A DNA stretch of 64,000 nt from a virus. A program made the translations under genes and the position numbers. The notes beneath the pieces were generated by a model. That model was not told where the DNA came from and made no database searches. It saw only the letters and a program-made list of their open reading frames with translations. Position 1 is the first letter of the stretch. Each line of letters begins with the position of its first letter. Shown piece after piece: positions 19,609-29,790 of the stretch. Location: IMG/VR virus record IMGVR_UViG_3300027974_000021. One strand, written 5' to 3'.

Positions 19609-20714
19609 AAACCTTACTATTAATTAACGCATTATTTCTATCAACCATCGCAGCATTTTATGCGATTACTGGATTGATAGCTATATTTGCAACAGCTGTA
19701 ATACCAATAGCAATTATGGGTACAGCTTTAGAAACAGCAAAGCTTGTTATAGCATCTTGGTTATATAGAAGATGGAACGATATAACAAAAGTAATGAGAT
19801 ATTATTTTAGTGTATCATTAGTTGTACTTATGCTCTTAACGAGTATGGGTATTTTTGGCTTTTTAAGTAAAGCACATTTAGATCAAGCAGTACCAAGTGG
19901 TGAAGTATCTTCTAAAGTTTATATATTAGATGATAAAATTAAATATCAAAGAGAATTAATCTCAAGAAACCAAAAAACTATTAAACAATTAGATGATTTA
20001 GTTGAACAAAGTATCGGTCGTACAAATGATGAAAAAGGTATTAATGCAGCAACTGAACTAAGACGTAAGCAAGAGGGTCAAAGAAATAAATTAGTTGCTG
20101 AAATAGAAAAAGCACAGAATACAATCAATAGTTTAAATAATGAAAGAGCTCCAATCGCAGGACAACTAAGAAAGATCGAAGCAGAAGTTGGTCCGATTAA
20201 ATATATTGCTGCTTTAATATATGGCGATAAAATAGATGAAAATATACTTGAGAAAGCTGTAAGATTTGTAATTATTATTATTGTATTGGTATTTGACCCA
20301 TTAGCAGTTATGATGTTAATTGCTTGGAACAGAGAAATAGTATTTACAAGTGGAGTAAAACCACAAGATCCAACTCCAACAACACCATTAACAATATTAC
20401 CAACTATTAAACCATTAACAGAAGTAAAAGAAATAGTTAAAGATATAAAAACTGAGATAAAATCTAAATTAAAAGAAACTTTAAATAAAGTAAAAGAAAA
20501 AATAACTGATGGTAATTCATATTTGGAACGTAAGCGAAAAGAAAGAGCAAACGATTTATCAAATATAAATACAAATAAGACACCTACTGCGTTTTATGAA
20601 ATTGATAACGTAGACGTGTATGAAAGAAAGTCAGATATAAAAGAAACAATAACAAGACCATTACACGGAAGACCAGAAGAACCTAAAAATTCTGTGATTC
20701 CTAAGAAAGAATAA
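19605..20714 (+). CDS. Multi-pass membrane protein with periplasmic coiled coil
   Basis: Three N-terminal TMs (TSMGIFGFLSKAH), coiled coil, EVGPIKYIA, then TM VFDPLAV. Confidence 0.7.
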   Translation: MKTLLLINALFLSTIAAFYAITGLIAIFATAVIPIAIMGTALETAKLVIASWLYRRWNDITKVMRYYFSVSLVVLMLLTSMGIFGFLSKAHLDQAVPSGEVSSKVYILDDKIKYQRELISRNQKTIKQLDDLVEQSIGRTNDEKGINAATELRRKQEGQRNKLVAEIEKAQNTINSLNNERAPIAGQLRKIEAEVGPIKYIAALIYGDKIDENILEKAVRFVIIIIVLVFDPLAVMMLIAWNREIVFTSGVKPQDPTPTTPLTILPTIKPLTEVKEIVKDIKTEIKSKLKETLNKVKEKITDGNSYLERKRKERANDLSNINTNKTPTAFYEIDNVDVYERKSDIKETITRPLHGRPEEPKNSVIPKKE

Positions 20715-20716
20715 TT

Positions 20717-21037
20717 ATGAATAATGAAGAAATTAAATCTTTATGGCGACCAGCAATTGCTTGGTTGTATATTGCTATTTGTTTTGTTGACTTTATGGTA
20801 TTTCCAATTTTATGGAATATAGCACAAATATCATTTTTAAAAACAATAGTAATTACTGCATGGACACCATTAACATTACAAGGTGGTGGATTATTTCATA
20901 TTTCGATGGGAGCAATATTAGGTGTGACTGCTTATGGAAGAACACAAGAAAAACTTAATGGTTCTTCGATCACAACAACAGTAATGCAACCACCAGCAGC
21001 AAAACCACCTACACCAAATTTCCCAGTTCGTGATTAA
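20717..21037 (+). CDS. Holin (GTA-type 3TM holin family)
   Basis: WRPAIAW...LFHISMGAILGVTAYGRTQEK motif. Confidence 0.7.
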   Translation: MNNEEIKSLWRPAIAWLYIAICFVDFMVFPILWNIAQISFLKTIVITAWTPLTLQGGGLFHISMGAILGVTAYGRTQEKLNGSSITTTVMQPPAAKPPTPNFPVRD

Positions 21038-21078
21038 TATGACTGAAAAAAACTAAACAAACAACTTAAAGATAAATT

Positions 21079-21231
21079 ATGGCAAAACGTGCAGCAAATT
21101 ATGGAACAAATACTAAGAGAGAATCAAAACCAAAACGCACAAGTATTGGAAATGGCTTTTTTAGTAAATCAATGATGAATAAGCATAAACGAAGATCGCA
21201 TAAAGCTTATCGTGGTCAAGGAAGACCTTAA
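21079..21231 (+). CDS. Small basic protein (50 aa)
   Basis: Manual translation MAKRAANYG...KPKRTSIG...HKRRSHKAYRGQGRP; the YRGQG ending is common in T4-like phages. Confidence 0.6.
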   Translation: MAKRAANYGTNTKRESKPKRTSIGNGFFSKSMMNKHKRRSHKAYRGQGRP

Positions 21232-21247
21232 AAAAGTATTTTTTATT

Positions 21248-21808
21248 ATGAATAATGTTATGAAATATGTGATTACAGGTCATAGATCTGGTATAGGTAA
21301 ATCTATATTTGATTATTATGTAAAACAACCTAATGTATATTGTGTTGGTTATGATTTATCACATCATTTAGATTTAAACGATTCAAAAGTACATTCAGAT
21401 TTTATAGATAGTTGTAAAGATGCTTCAGTCATAGTATTGAATGCACATACTGGACAACAACATGTTTCTTTAGAAGTTCTTTATAATCTTTATAAACAAG
21501 AATTAAAACATATAATCATAATGGGTTCAATGGTGAGTAAAATATGGAAGACTCTACAAGAAGTTCCTCAAGGATTTGAAAGCTATTGGTCGCAAAAGAA
21601 ATTACTTGATAAAACAATAGAAGAATTATATAATCCAAACATACCTCTTAAAATTAGTATCATTCGTCCAGCTTGGGTTGATACTCAACTCGCAAAAGAA
21701 TATTCAGGAAAAAAATTAACAATAGATTCAGTTTTAAATGTAATAAGATTTATAATTGAGAATAAAGACACACACATAACAAATATGGAATTACAATGTA
21801 CGAATTAA
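21248..21808 (+). CDS. Short-chain dehydrogenase/reductase
   Basis: ITGHRSGIG Rossmann motif, LNAH, YxxxK (YWSQK), IRPAWVDT. Confidence 0.8.
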   Translation: MNNVMKYVITGHRSGIGKSIFDYYVKQPNVYCVGYDLSHHLDLNDSKVHSDFIDSCKDASVIVLNAHTGQQHVSLEVLYNLYKQELKHIIIMGSMVSKIWKTLQEVPQGFESYWSQKKLLDKTIEELYNPNIPLKISIIRPAWVDTQLAKEYSGKKLTIDSVLNVIRFIIENKDTHITNMELQCTN

Positions 21809-23019
21809 GAAACAGTGCTGATGGTGAACTTCCTAAAATAGTCACAAACACTCATCGTTATTGGGTTGAAATGAATGATGGTAAAAAATACTTAGATATT
21901 CAATCTGGTAATAGTGCTTTCACACTTGGTTATGGTAATACTGAAATAGTAAAAGCAATGGCTGATAAAATTACTTCAGTTGGTTTTATAAGAGGAAATA
22001 CTGGTGAGAGTGATACAGATACTCAAGAGATGGTTCATTTTGTTTTATCTGAATCAAGAATGTCAGTTATGTCTTGGGCTATTTCTGGAACCTCAGCAGT
22101 AGAGTGTGCTATTATGATGAATGATAGTTATTGGAAACAAGTAAATCCTAAAAAACATTTAATTGTATCTTGCACTCCAGGATATCATGGCACAAGTTAT
22201 CTTACAAGAGCAATGGCTAGTCCATATACAGCTGATTTTCCATCTGATAGATTAAGATGTATTAGAGCACCTAAGTGGAACACAATAGAAGAACGTGCAT
22301 TGGAAGAAGAAAGAGCATTAGCAGAATTAGAAAAAAGATTTACTAAATTTGATGACTCTTCAAACGTTGGTGCTTTTATAATGGAAACATGTCCTTGGAT
22401 GGATGGAATACTTCCTTACAGTAAAAGATGGTGGGATGGTGTTAGACATCTTTGCACACAATATAATATAAATTTTATCACAGATGATGTGGCAGTTTGT
22501 TGGGGTAAATCATTATCTTATTTTGGTTATTCAACAGCAGGGTACAATGTTCAACCAGATATTATCGCTTGTGGTAAATCATTATCAGCAGGATATGCAC
22601 CAATTGGATTTGCAGCAGGTAATTCTCGTATTGGTGAAATTCTTTCAACACAAGAATGGGGATGGGGTCATACTTGGCAACCTTACATGGCTGGTATTGG
22701 TGCAATGAAAAAAGTAAAACAAATTATTCAAGATAATGGTCTATTTCATACAGCAAAAAGAACAGTTATACGTTTAGATGAAATTGCAAAAGATTTATTT
22801 AATCAAGGATATATAAAAAGTTATAGGCAACAAGGATTGTTTTTAGAATTAGATTGTAAGAATCCAACTGTTGGAGTAATGGGTAAGCTTGTTCGTTCAG
22901 GAATGCTTTCAACTACTCAACAAAACAATTCAGTAAGAATTATAGCAAATTTAATTGCTGATGATGAGTATTTTAATGAATTAAAGACTAGATTAAAGGA
23001 TTTTTTTAGTAAAAGCTAA
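21796..23019 (+). CDS. Class-III PLP-dependent aminotransferase
   Basis: SGTSAVE, GYHG, DDVAVCWGK, PDIIACGKSLSAGY (PLP lysine), GHTW. Confidence 0.88.
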   Translation: MYELRNSADGELPKIVTNTHRYWVEMNDGKKYLDIQSGNSAFTLGYGNTEIVKAMADKITSVGFIRGNTGESDTDTQEMVHFVLSESRMSVMSWAISGTSAVECAIMMNDSYWKQVNPKKHLIVSCTPGYHGTSYLTRAMASPYTADFPSDRLRCIRAPKWNTIEERALEEERALAELEKRFTKFDDSSNVGAFIMETCPWMDGILPYSKRWWDGVRHLCTQYNINFITDDVAVCWGKSLSYFGYSTAGYNVQPDIIACGKSLSAGYAPIGFAAGNSRIGEILSTQEWGWGHTWQPYMAGIGAMKKVKQIIQDNGLFHTAKRTVIRLDEIAKDLFNQGYIKSYRQQGLFLELDCKNPTVGVMGKLVRSGMLSTTQQNNSVRIIANLIADDEYFNELKTRLKDFFSKS

Positions 23020-23022
23020 CCA

Positions 23023-23051
23023 TTTACATACAAGTATTTTTAGAGTATAAT
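23023..23051 (+). promoter_or_regulatory. Sigma70-like early/middle promoter
   Basis: TTTACA-N17-TATAAT. Confidence 0.75.
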
Positions 23052-23531
23052 ATGTCTATGATTATAGTATCAAATCATATTAATATGTCACATACTGATC
23101 CATTTAAAATTGATATGATTGAAAACGATTTAGAAGCTAACAGAACATCAAAGAACATTGTTCCTTTGTTTGGAAGCATATTTGATATTGAGAAAAAAGG
23201 TACCAAATATTCGCTTGTGAATAAAAACTGGAACAATCGTATCCATGGTAAAGTAATTAGTTATGATCGATCCTCTCCTAATTCTATCTTTTTTGAAATT
23301 CAAACAAAATACGTTCCACCAATTTCTTTTTTTGATTATCTAGTTGAATCAAAAAGATATTCAATTGAAGCAACTTATGGTACTGAAAAAACAAACTATG
23401 AAGATTTTAATGAGTTTGGTTTTGTTGGTGCTTATGATAATGGCGATGATGAGTGTTGGGAAACTACACCACATAATTTAAAAGATGATTTAATACCACC
23501 ACATTTATTGGCTTTATATAATATAGTATGA
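23052..23531 (+). CDS. Hypothetical protein (true start may be 23058)
   Basis: ORF track; FQTKYVPP...GFVG resembles a ferredoxin-like phage domain. Confidence 0.5.
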   Translation: MSMIIVSNHINMSHTDPFKIDMIENDLEANRTSKNIVPLFGSIFDIEKKGTKYSLVNKNWNNRIHGKVISYDRSSPNSIFFEIQTKYVPPISFFDYLVESKRYSIEATYGTEKTNYEDFNEFGFVGAYDNGDDECWETTPHNLKDDLIPPHLLALYNIV

Positions 23532-24385
23532 GAAAATCTGTAATAGTTAAATCTGCAATCGGTCGAGTATATCATGTCGAAGAAAATGATACTTTCTATG
23601 GTTCAAGATTAAAGAGCAGTGGATATCAAATAAACAATTTAAGATATTTTAGATCATTAACACCAAACGCAAGAACAATTATTGATGTAGGTGGTCATTT
23701 AGGAACTAATACTATTGAATATGCCACGTGGGCTAAGAATGTAAAAACGTTTGAACCAACATCATATTTAAGAAAATGGTTATTAGAAAATATTGAGTTG
23801 AATAAAAATGCTAAAACTAATGGCAAAGGTTGGTTTAAATTAGCTGATAAATCTTATGCTCCTATTTTAATGACTGGTGATATAGAAGTATTTCCATATG
23901 CTTTAAGTGATAGTGAGGGAGAACAAATTTTAAATACACTTACTTGTGCTTCTGGACATAATCATATAGAATTAGATTTTAATGGAAAAAAATTAACAAA
24001 AAAAGGTTGGGTTAAAAAATCTGAAAGCAAATCTACAAGAACTATTAAAGAAAAGATATTAACAAGAACATTAGATAGTTTTAAATTTACAAAAGTAGAT
24101 GGAATTAAAATAGACGTAGAAGGATTAGAATTTCAAGTTATAAAGGGTGCTATTAATACAATTAAAAAGTATCGTCCAGTGATTCAAACTGAAATTCAAA
24201 TAGGAATGTGTAGACGTGCTGGTTATGAAGCTAATGAATTATGCGAATACTTAGCAAATATGGATTATGTACAGACACTTTCTGATGGAACAGTTATAAA
24301 CCCATCAAATGTTTTTAGTGAAGTCAAAGCTAAAATAGATAGATTTTGGATACCAAAAGAAAAATTAAAAAATGATATTAATTGA
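23528..24385 (+). CDS. FkbM-family SAM-dependent methyltransferase
   Basis: IDVGGHLG, FEP, ALSD, IKIDVEGLEFQVIKGA...PVIQTE. Confidence 0.85.
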   Translation: MRKSVIVKSAIGRVYHVEENDTFYGSRLKSSGYQINNLRYFRSLTPNARTIIDVGGHLGTNTIEYATWAKNVKTFEPTSYLRKWLLENIELNKNAKTNGKGWFKLADKSYAPILMTGDIEVFPYALSDSEGEQILNTLTCASGHNHIELDFNGKKLTKKGWVKKSESKSTRTIKEKILTRTLDSFKFTKVDGIKIDVEGLEFQVIKGAINTIKKYRPVIQTEIQIGMCRRAGYEANELCEYLANMDYVQTLSDGTVINPSNVFSEVKAKIDRFWIPKEKLKNDIN

Positions 24386-25238
24386 TTATTCACAAGTAGC
24401 AATCGCAAATATACTTTCTTTTAAACAAGATGTTCAAAAAGGAAGACCAATGCAAGAAGTATCTAATATTATTCGTCATGCGATACTCTCTACTATTAAA
24501 TATTATAAGAAGAAATTCTCAGCAGATTATGGTGATTTAGTTATATGTGCTGATGGTAAAGACGTTTGGAGAAAAGTAGAATTTCCTTTATATAAAGCAC
24601 ATCGTAAGAAAGATAGAGAAGCAGATCCAGTTGATTGGAAACTTATTTTTGAAACTATGTCTGATGTAAGAGAAGATTTAGTTAAATATTTTCCTTATAA
24701 AGTATTACATATTAATCATGCTGAAGCAGATGATGTAATTGCTACACTAGTGAAAGAAAGACCTTTAGAAAAACATATGATTGTTTCTTCTGATAAAGAT
24801 TTTAAACAATTACAAAAATTTGGAAACGTTGAACAATATTCACCATTACTTAAAAAACAAGTAAATAAATCATCAGTAAGAGAAGCTGAGCAATATATAA
24901 TAGAACATATAGTAAGAGGTGACTCTGGAGATGGTGTTCCAAATGTACTTTCACCTGATGATATCTTTAACAAAGATGAAAGACAAAAACCAATTACTAA
25001 AAAGATATTAAATAATTTCTTAGAAAAAGGTTTCAATGCTTGTGAAAACGATGAGCAGAAAAAAAACTATTTAAGAAACCAAAAATTAGTATGTCTTGAC
25101 TCTATACCTAAAAATATAGCAGATGATATACTAAATGCTTATAATAACATAAAACCAACAGGAGATAAAATGACAGTATACAACTATTTAATTGAAAAAC
25201 GTTGTAGTCTATTACTCCAAGAAATAGAGGAGTTTTAA
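24372..25238 (+). CDS. rnh: RNase H / 5'-3' exonuclease (T4 rnh)
   Basis: ILIDYSQ, YKAHR, EADDVIA, SSDKDFKQL, GDSGDGVPN. Confidence 0.93.
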   Translation: MILIDYSQVAIANILSFKQDVQKGRPMQEVSNIIRHAILSTIKYYKKKFSADYGDLVICADGKDVWRKVEFPLYKAHRKKDREADPVDWKLIFETMSDVREDLVKYFPYKVLHINHAEADDVIATLVKERPLEKHMIVSSDKDFKQLQKFGNVEQYSPLLKKQVNKSSVREAEQYIIEHIVRGDSGDGVPNVLSPDDIFNKDERQKPITKKILNNFLEKGFNACENDEQKKNYLRNQKLVCLDSIPKNIADDILNAYNNIKPTGDKMTVYNYLIEKRCSLLLQEIEEF

Positions 25239-25241
25239 AAC

Positions 25242-25634
25242 ATGGGAAGACGTGTTTATGAAATATTAGAAGAACTAAATAATGATATAACTGCCATTGT
25301 TAAATACAAGAATAATGCTCAGTTAAAATTAGTTTTACAAAACAACTTTGATAGCAATTTAAAATGGGATTTACCAGAAACAAATCCACCATTTAAAGCT
25401 GCAATTGAGCCACAAGATATGGCTCCATCAAATCTTACTTTAGAAGTAAGAAAGTTTTATATCTTTAGAAGAAAAGATTTAAAACCTGCTCAAAGAGAAT
25501 TATTATATATTCAAATGTTAGAAAGATTAGACGCAAAAGAACAAAAGATTCTTCTTGCATTAAAAAATCAAGAATTAACATCTTTATATCCAAATATTAC
25601 GAAAGAATCTGTTTCAACATACATCAATGCTTAA
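25242..25634 (+). CDS. Conserved T4-like hypothetical protein
   Basis: W.LP...PPF...RE..YIQMLE motif, typically found next to rnh. Confidence 0.65.
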   Translation: MGRRVYEILEELNNDITAIVKYKNNAQLKLVLQNNFDSNLKWDLPETNPPFKAAIEPQDMAPSNLTLEVRKFYIFRRKDLKPAQRELLYIQMLERLDAKEQKILLALKNQELTSLYPNITKESVSTYINA

Positions 25635-25869
25635 AATAGGCAATATAATAGAAAAAATATCTAATCGTTCATTCCCAGCTGAAATAAGAGTTTGGGATGA
25701 TGAAACATTAGTCACAGTGCATCGTTCAACTGAAACTGCACAATTAATAACAACAGAATTTACTTCTTTTAATAATGGTACTTGGGAAAATGAAGAATTT
25801 AAAATATCATATCCTAAAGTAGATAGAACTAAAAAGATAGAGACATTAGTTAGAGTTAAAAAGAAGTAG
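25627..25869 (+). CDS. Hypothetical protein
   Basis: ORF track. Confidence 0.5.
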   Translation: MLKIGNIIEKISNRSFPAEIRVWDDETLVTVHRSTETAQLITTEFTSFNNGTWENEEFKISYPKVDRTKKIETLVRVKKK

Positions 25870-25879
25870 AAATTATATT

Positions 25880-26356
25880 ATGTCAAGTGAAAAAAACATC
25901 GTAGGAATACGTCATAAGTTCGCTACACTGCGAAATCAAACTATCCACATAGATATCAATGGTTTTCAATTAAAAACTACAATTGACAAAGTTGATGAAC
26001 TTTTCGAATATAACGTAATACGTTATTGTGTTAATTCTGTATTGTATCAACTTGATAGAGCAAGACAAGACGCAATTGATTATAATATGGTAGAGCAAAT
26101 GGGGTTTCCGTGTAAATTTAATAACACAGCAACTGTACCAGCAGATATGTCTGGTCATGCTGAACCTCAAAGAGTTTCTATTATTATATTAGTTGATGAT
26201 GTTAATTCTAAATTACCAGATTATTGCGTAAAAGGAATGACTGGAACATCATGGGATATACATTCAAACCCAGAAGCACCAGAATTTTTAGATTATATTA
26301 ATTATTTGACTGGAACTATTGATAAACCAGAAGCTGAAATAGTATCAATACACTAA
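25880..26356 (+). CDS. Hypothetical protein
   Basis: ORF track. Confidence 0.55.
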   Translation: MSSEKNIVGIRHKFATLRNQTIHIDINGFQLKTTIDKVDELFEYNVIRYCVNSVLYQLDRARQDAIDYNMVEQMGFPCKFNNTATVPADMSGHAEPQRVSIIILVDDVNSKLPDYCVKGMTGTSWDIHSNPEAPEFLDYINYLTGTIDKPEAEIVSIH

Positions 26357-26423
26357 GTCATTGAAATATAATGCTTTTTTATTTTTTATAAGTATTTACT
26401 TAATTACTCAAATATAGTAAAAT
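26354..26423 (+). promoter_or_regulatory. Early promoter with upstream IHF-like box
   Basis: TAAGTCATTGAAA (26354-66), then TTTACT-N17-TAAAAT (26395-26423). Confidence 0.6.
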
Positions 26424-26457
26424 ATACCTATAAACAAATAATAAAAAGGAGTATATT

Positions 26458-26664
26458 ATGGGAAATGTGAAAAATTGGTTAATGCAAATGGAAGATGATA
26501 CATTTGTATTATCTAGAGAAGAGTTTGTTAAAAAACATGGTGAAAGACAAGCTAAGAGTATCTTTGATAAATTACAAGACCCAGAGTTTGATTTAACTGA
26601 CGCACAACAAGCAATGGCTGAAGTTGCTTTAGATTTAGAAATAGCAGCAGAGGAGGGTAGATAA
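26458..26664 (+). CDS. Hypothetical early protein
   Basis: Strong AAGGAG SD directly after the promoter. Confidence 0.65.
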   Translation: MGNVKNWLMQMEDDTFVLSREEFVKKHGERQAKSIFDKLQDPEFDLTDAQQAMAEVALDLEIAAEEGR

Positions 26665-26665
26665 T

Positions 26666-26986
26666 ATGTTTCCTCTTAGAGAACCACTTCCTTATGCAAC
26701 ATTTGGTATAGCTGACTACAAATATTCACCACATAGAATTACTTTATTAAAAGTTGTTAATTCAGTATGGCAAGATTATTTGGGTGGAGTTATTTGTGAT
26801 GTAGTGAGCACAGAAGATGGTGTTTTTGAAGCAATGGCAAGACCTGAAACTGTAAGTGCTGAATTTACAAATAGAATTAAAGCATTCGAAGATGCTGATG
26901 ATATCTTTAATGATATAAATTATTTAGAAATTAAAGATGATTTAGAAACATTTGTAGATGAAAACAATATAAGCCATAGTCACTAA
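26666..26986 (+). CDS. Hypothetical protein
   Basis: ORF track; GGAGG SD. Confidence 0.55.
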   Translation: MFPLREPLPYATFGIADYKYSPHRITLLKVVNSVWQDYLGGVICDVVSTEDGVFEAMARPETVSAEFTNRIKAFEDADDIFNDINYLEIKDDLETFVDENNISHSH

Positions 26987-26987
26987 T

Positions 26988-27113
26988 ATGCTTAATACAT
27001 TTTTATTAATTGTTTTAATTTGGGGGATTTACTCTCACGTACAAGTACAAAGACGTATAGAACTTCACTTAGAAGAAATAAAATATAATCTAAGAGAAAG
27101 AATGAGAAAATGA
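26988..27113 (+). CDS. Small TM protein (41 aa)
   Basis: Manual translation MLNTFLLIVLIWGIYSH...; ATGA overlap with the next gene. Confidence 0.5.
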   Translation: MLNTFLLIVLIWGIYSHVQVQRRIELHLEEIKYNLRERMRK

Positions 27114-27319
27114 AAGAAGTCACTATCATTAGAAATAGAAAATCTAAAACTTTTACATTTAACAAAAATACTTTCTTAAAATTCTTAGATGAAAAAGAAT
27201 ATTTTAGATCTGAAGAGTTAGCAAAACAAGTAGTAAATGAAGTTTGGGCATTAGAAAAAGGTGAAAGTTTTAAAGTAATGGGATATATGTTCACAACAGA
27301 AAATTATATAAATGATTAA
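27110..27319 (+). CDS. Hypothetical protein
   Basis: ORF track. Confidence 0.5.
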   Translation: MKEVTIIRNRKSKTFTFNKNTFLKFLDEKEYFRSEELAKQVVNEVWALEKGESFKVMGYMFTTENYIND

Positions 27320-27575
27320 ACAATTAGTAATACCAAAACAAACACATTATTGTGCTGATGCCTATGCATCATCAATTGATAAAACCACAATAAATTTTAT
27401 CAAAGAATATATGTTTTTAAAACTTAAATTTAAAGCAGAAGTGAAATATAATGAGCAAAAAGATATTACTTTTGTTGAAATAGATCAAATTGATGGCGAT
27501 TATACAAATGTCGTTATGTTAAAAGGTAATCCACAAGTAAATAATATTAAAGATTGGTTAATAAACAAATGGTAA
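27312..27575 (+). CDS. Hypothetical protein
   Basis: ORF track. Confidence 0.5.
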   Translation: MIKQLVIPKQTHYCADAYASSIDKTTINFIKEYMFLKLKFKAEVKYNEQKDITFVEIDQIDGDYTNVVMLKGNPQVNNIKDWLINKW

Positions 27576-27784
27576 ATAATAACATAATTTTAATAGAAGA
27601 ATATAAAAAGAAACTAGACCAGCAAGAAAAACTTATTGCAGAACAATCTTTTAAAATAAATGATTTAAAAGATGTGATTGATCGTATGCACGAAGATATG
27701 GAAAATTTAACAAGAACCATAAAAAAAATGACATACTTAGATCCTGTTGATAGTATGTCTTTTAAAGATGATGAGAAAGATTAA
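27569..27784 (+). CDS. Small coiled-coil protein
   Basis: ORF track; heptads. Confidence 0.5.
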   Translation: MVNNNIILIEEYKKKLDQQEKLIAEQSFKINDLKDVIDRMHEDMENLTRTIKKMTYLDPVDSMSFKDDEKD

Positions 27785-27790
27785 TATTAA

Positions 27791-28033
27791 ATGAACGATC
27801 CAATAAGACAACAGGACTTATATCATCTTTATGCCAGTATTCGTGAACGTTTGCATAGGATAGCAAATGAAAATCATCCAGATCCTCTGCAGAATCAGAT
27901 CCGTCGCGAGATGGCAGAAGAATTGCTAGAATATTTACGCAATAATGAAGCAGGATTAAATAGTCAAGTTAGTTATAAAGAACAATGGATAACTGGTGAA
28001 ATAGAAAATAGAAAGAATAATCAATATGAATAA
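27791..28033 (+). CDS. Hypothetical protein
   Basis: ORF track. Confidence 0.5.
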   Translation: MNDPIRQQDLYHLYASIRERLHRIANENHPDPLQNQIRREMAEELLEYLRNNEAGLNSQVSYKEQWITGEIENRKNNQYE

Positions 28034-28166
28034 AAAGAAAAAATTAAGTAAAAAATGGGTATTGGATGGTTTTTATTTTGATGGTAAAGATCACTTTGAT
28101 TTATATAAAGATCATAGTGGTAATGTAAAACGTGTTAAACAAAAGAAAAAATTAAAAGTTTGTTAA
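28026..28166 (+). CDS. Small basic hypothetical protein (46 aa)
   Basis: Manual translation MNKKKKLSKKWVLDGFYFDGK...; fills the gap and is coupled to the next ATG. Confidence 0.5.
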   Translation: MNKKKKLSKKWVLDGFYFDGKDHFDLYKDHSGNVKRVKQKKKLKVC

Positions 28167-28708
28167 TGCAAAAAGAACCAGTTAAATGGTATGATCGCTC
28201 GGCTGATTTTAGAAGACTTTCAGATATTGAAATGAGTGAATGCTTACGCAAATTAAAAATTTCTAAATTACATGTTAATATTCAAGACGATATGTATATG
28301 TGTCTTGCTAATTTAAGAGATTTAGGTTCTATTTCATCATTTAATAATGAATTAAAAGAAAACTTCTTTGTTTATTGTAAAGAAGTTGGCATAGATATTG
28401 AAAACTATAAAAGATCAGATGAAAAAAGAGTTATGACTGCTTCTTTTGCTAGTATAATATGGGATAAAATAGTTAAATTAATAAATGCTAATGAAGCAGA
28501 TTCTTCTAAAAGAGTTAAGGGTATAAAAAAACTAGTTCTCTTTCGTTTATTACAAAAAGAATTACCAGATCTTGATAAGAAACATATTCATAAGAATGTA
28601 AAGAATAATATTAAATTAGGTGCTTTAGAATATCATCAACAATCAAAATCAAGTAAGTTAATTCGTAAAGGACAATACTGGAGCACGTATGTTAAAGTCA
28701 ATAAGTAA
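28166..28708 (+). CDS. Hypothetical protein
   Basis: ORF track; TAATG coupling. Confidence 0.55.
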   Translation: MQKEPVKWYDRSADFRRLSDIEMSECLRKLKISKLHVNIQDDMYMCLANLRDLGSISSFNNELKENFFVYCKEVGIDIENYKRSDEKRVMTASFASIIWDKIVKLINANEADSSKRVKGIKKLVLFRLLQKELPDLDKKHIHKNVKNNIKLGALEYHQQSKSSKLIRKGQYWSTYVKVNK

Positions 28709-29534
28709 TTTTAGTTGGGAAGAATTTTCAACACGTAATAATTTATATTTTCGTGTTGCTTATTATATTTTTGTACATGTATTAGCATTACTCGCATTTA
28801 AATATGCTACACTAACTACATTCTTTACATTTATATTATTCTGGTGGTTTGGTGCTTGGGCTGTATCAGGTTATACTCATAGAACACTATCACATAAATC
28901 TATTGTAGTTAAGAATAAATATTTAGAGCATTTAAGTAATATATTTGCTATATACGCAGGGATTGGCACACCTTTAGGATGGGCAGCATTGCATCGTATG
29001 CATCACACTCATCTTGATACTGAGTTAGATCCACATAGCCCACATAGAATAGGGTTTTGGAGATCTTATTTACATTTATGGGATTGGCGTAAAGAAGATG
29101 TACCATTAAAATATACAGCAGGATTATTTCGTAATCGTATTGCTGTTTATTATCACAATCGTGCTTTACCTACTTTATTATTATTCTGGTTTGGTTTATT
29201 CTTTATATCAGAATTTTTAAAAGTAAATCTAGGACTATTAGGTGGATTAGAAGTTTGTATTGGTGCAGCATTAGCTGTAGTTGCAGGATTGCATGGTATG
29301 GGTGTGACAAATGCAGTAAGTCATAGTCACGAAATACCAAAACAAGTTGTGTCTCTTGATCCAATCGCAGGAGCATTCGTTAATTGGGGCGAAGGAAATC
29401 ATGAATATCATCACGCAAAACCAATGAATTATAGTTTTGGTGATGGCATATCAGATCCTGTCGCAAGAACTGCCGAATTATTCGAAAAATTAGAATTAGT
29501 TCAAATCAACAGAACGAGTGAATTAAATGGATAA
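28689..29534 (+). CDS. Membrane fatty-acid (delta-9-type) desaturase
   Basis: Three His boxes HRTLSH, HRMHH and HEYHH; DPHSP; TM segments. Confidence 0.9.
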   Translation: MLKSISNFSWEEFSTRNNLYFRVAYYIFVHVLALLAFKYATLTTFFTFILFWWFGAWAVSGYTHRTLSHKSIVVKNKYLEHLSNIFAIYAGIGTPLGWAALHRMHHTHLDTELDPHSPHRIGFWRSYLHLWDWRKEDVPLKYTAGLFRNRIAVYYHNRALPTLLLFWFGLFFISEFLKVNLGLLGGLEVCIGAALAVVAGLHGMGVTNAVSHSHEIPKQVVSLDPIAGAFVNWGEGNHEYHHAKPMNYSFGDGISDPVARTAELFEKLELVQINRTSELNG

Positions 29535-29682
29535 AACATTATATAAAACTGGTATATTTTTTGCTGTAATAACAATTATAGCATTTTTTTTAATTTCGTG
29601 TACAACTACTCCAACGGAAACTACAAAACCGATGGAAAAAGTTATAGATGGATTTAAAAGTATAATCATACCAACACCATAA
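29527..29682 (+). CDS. Small lipoprotein (51 aa)
   Basis: Manual translation with lipobox LISC. Confidence 0.5.
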   Translation: MDKTLYKTGIFFAVITIIAFFLISCTTTPTETTKPMEKVIDGFKSIIIPTP

Positions 29683-29692
29683 TCCGTTTTAT

Positions 29693-29769
29693 TCACTCGT
29701 AGTTCAATTGGATAGAATACCAGTCTACGAAACTGGGGGTTGCAAGTTCGAGTCTTGCCGAGTGAGCCA
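29693..29769 (+). tRNA. tRNA-Arg(ACG)
   Basis: Acceptor TCACTCG/CGAGTGA, anticodon arm CCAGT-CTACGAA-ACTGG, T-loop TTCGAGT, encoded CCA. Confidence 0.92.
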
Positions 29770-29776
29770 AATGATA

Positions 29777-29784
29777 ACTAAATA
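29777..29784 (+). promoter_or_regulatory. T4-type late promoter (ACTAAATA)
   Basis: Motif lies 6 nt before the ATG at 29791. Confidence 0.5.
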
Positions 29785-29790
29785 GATTAT

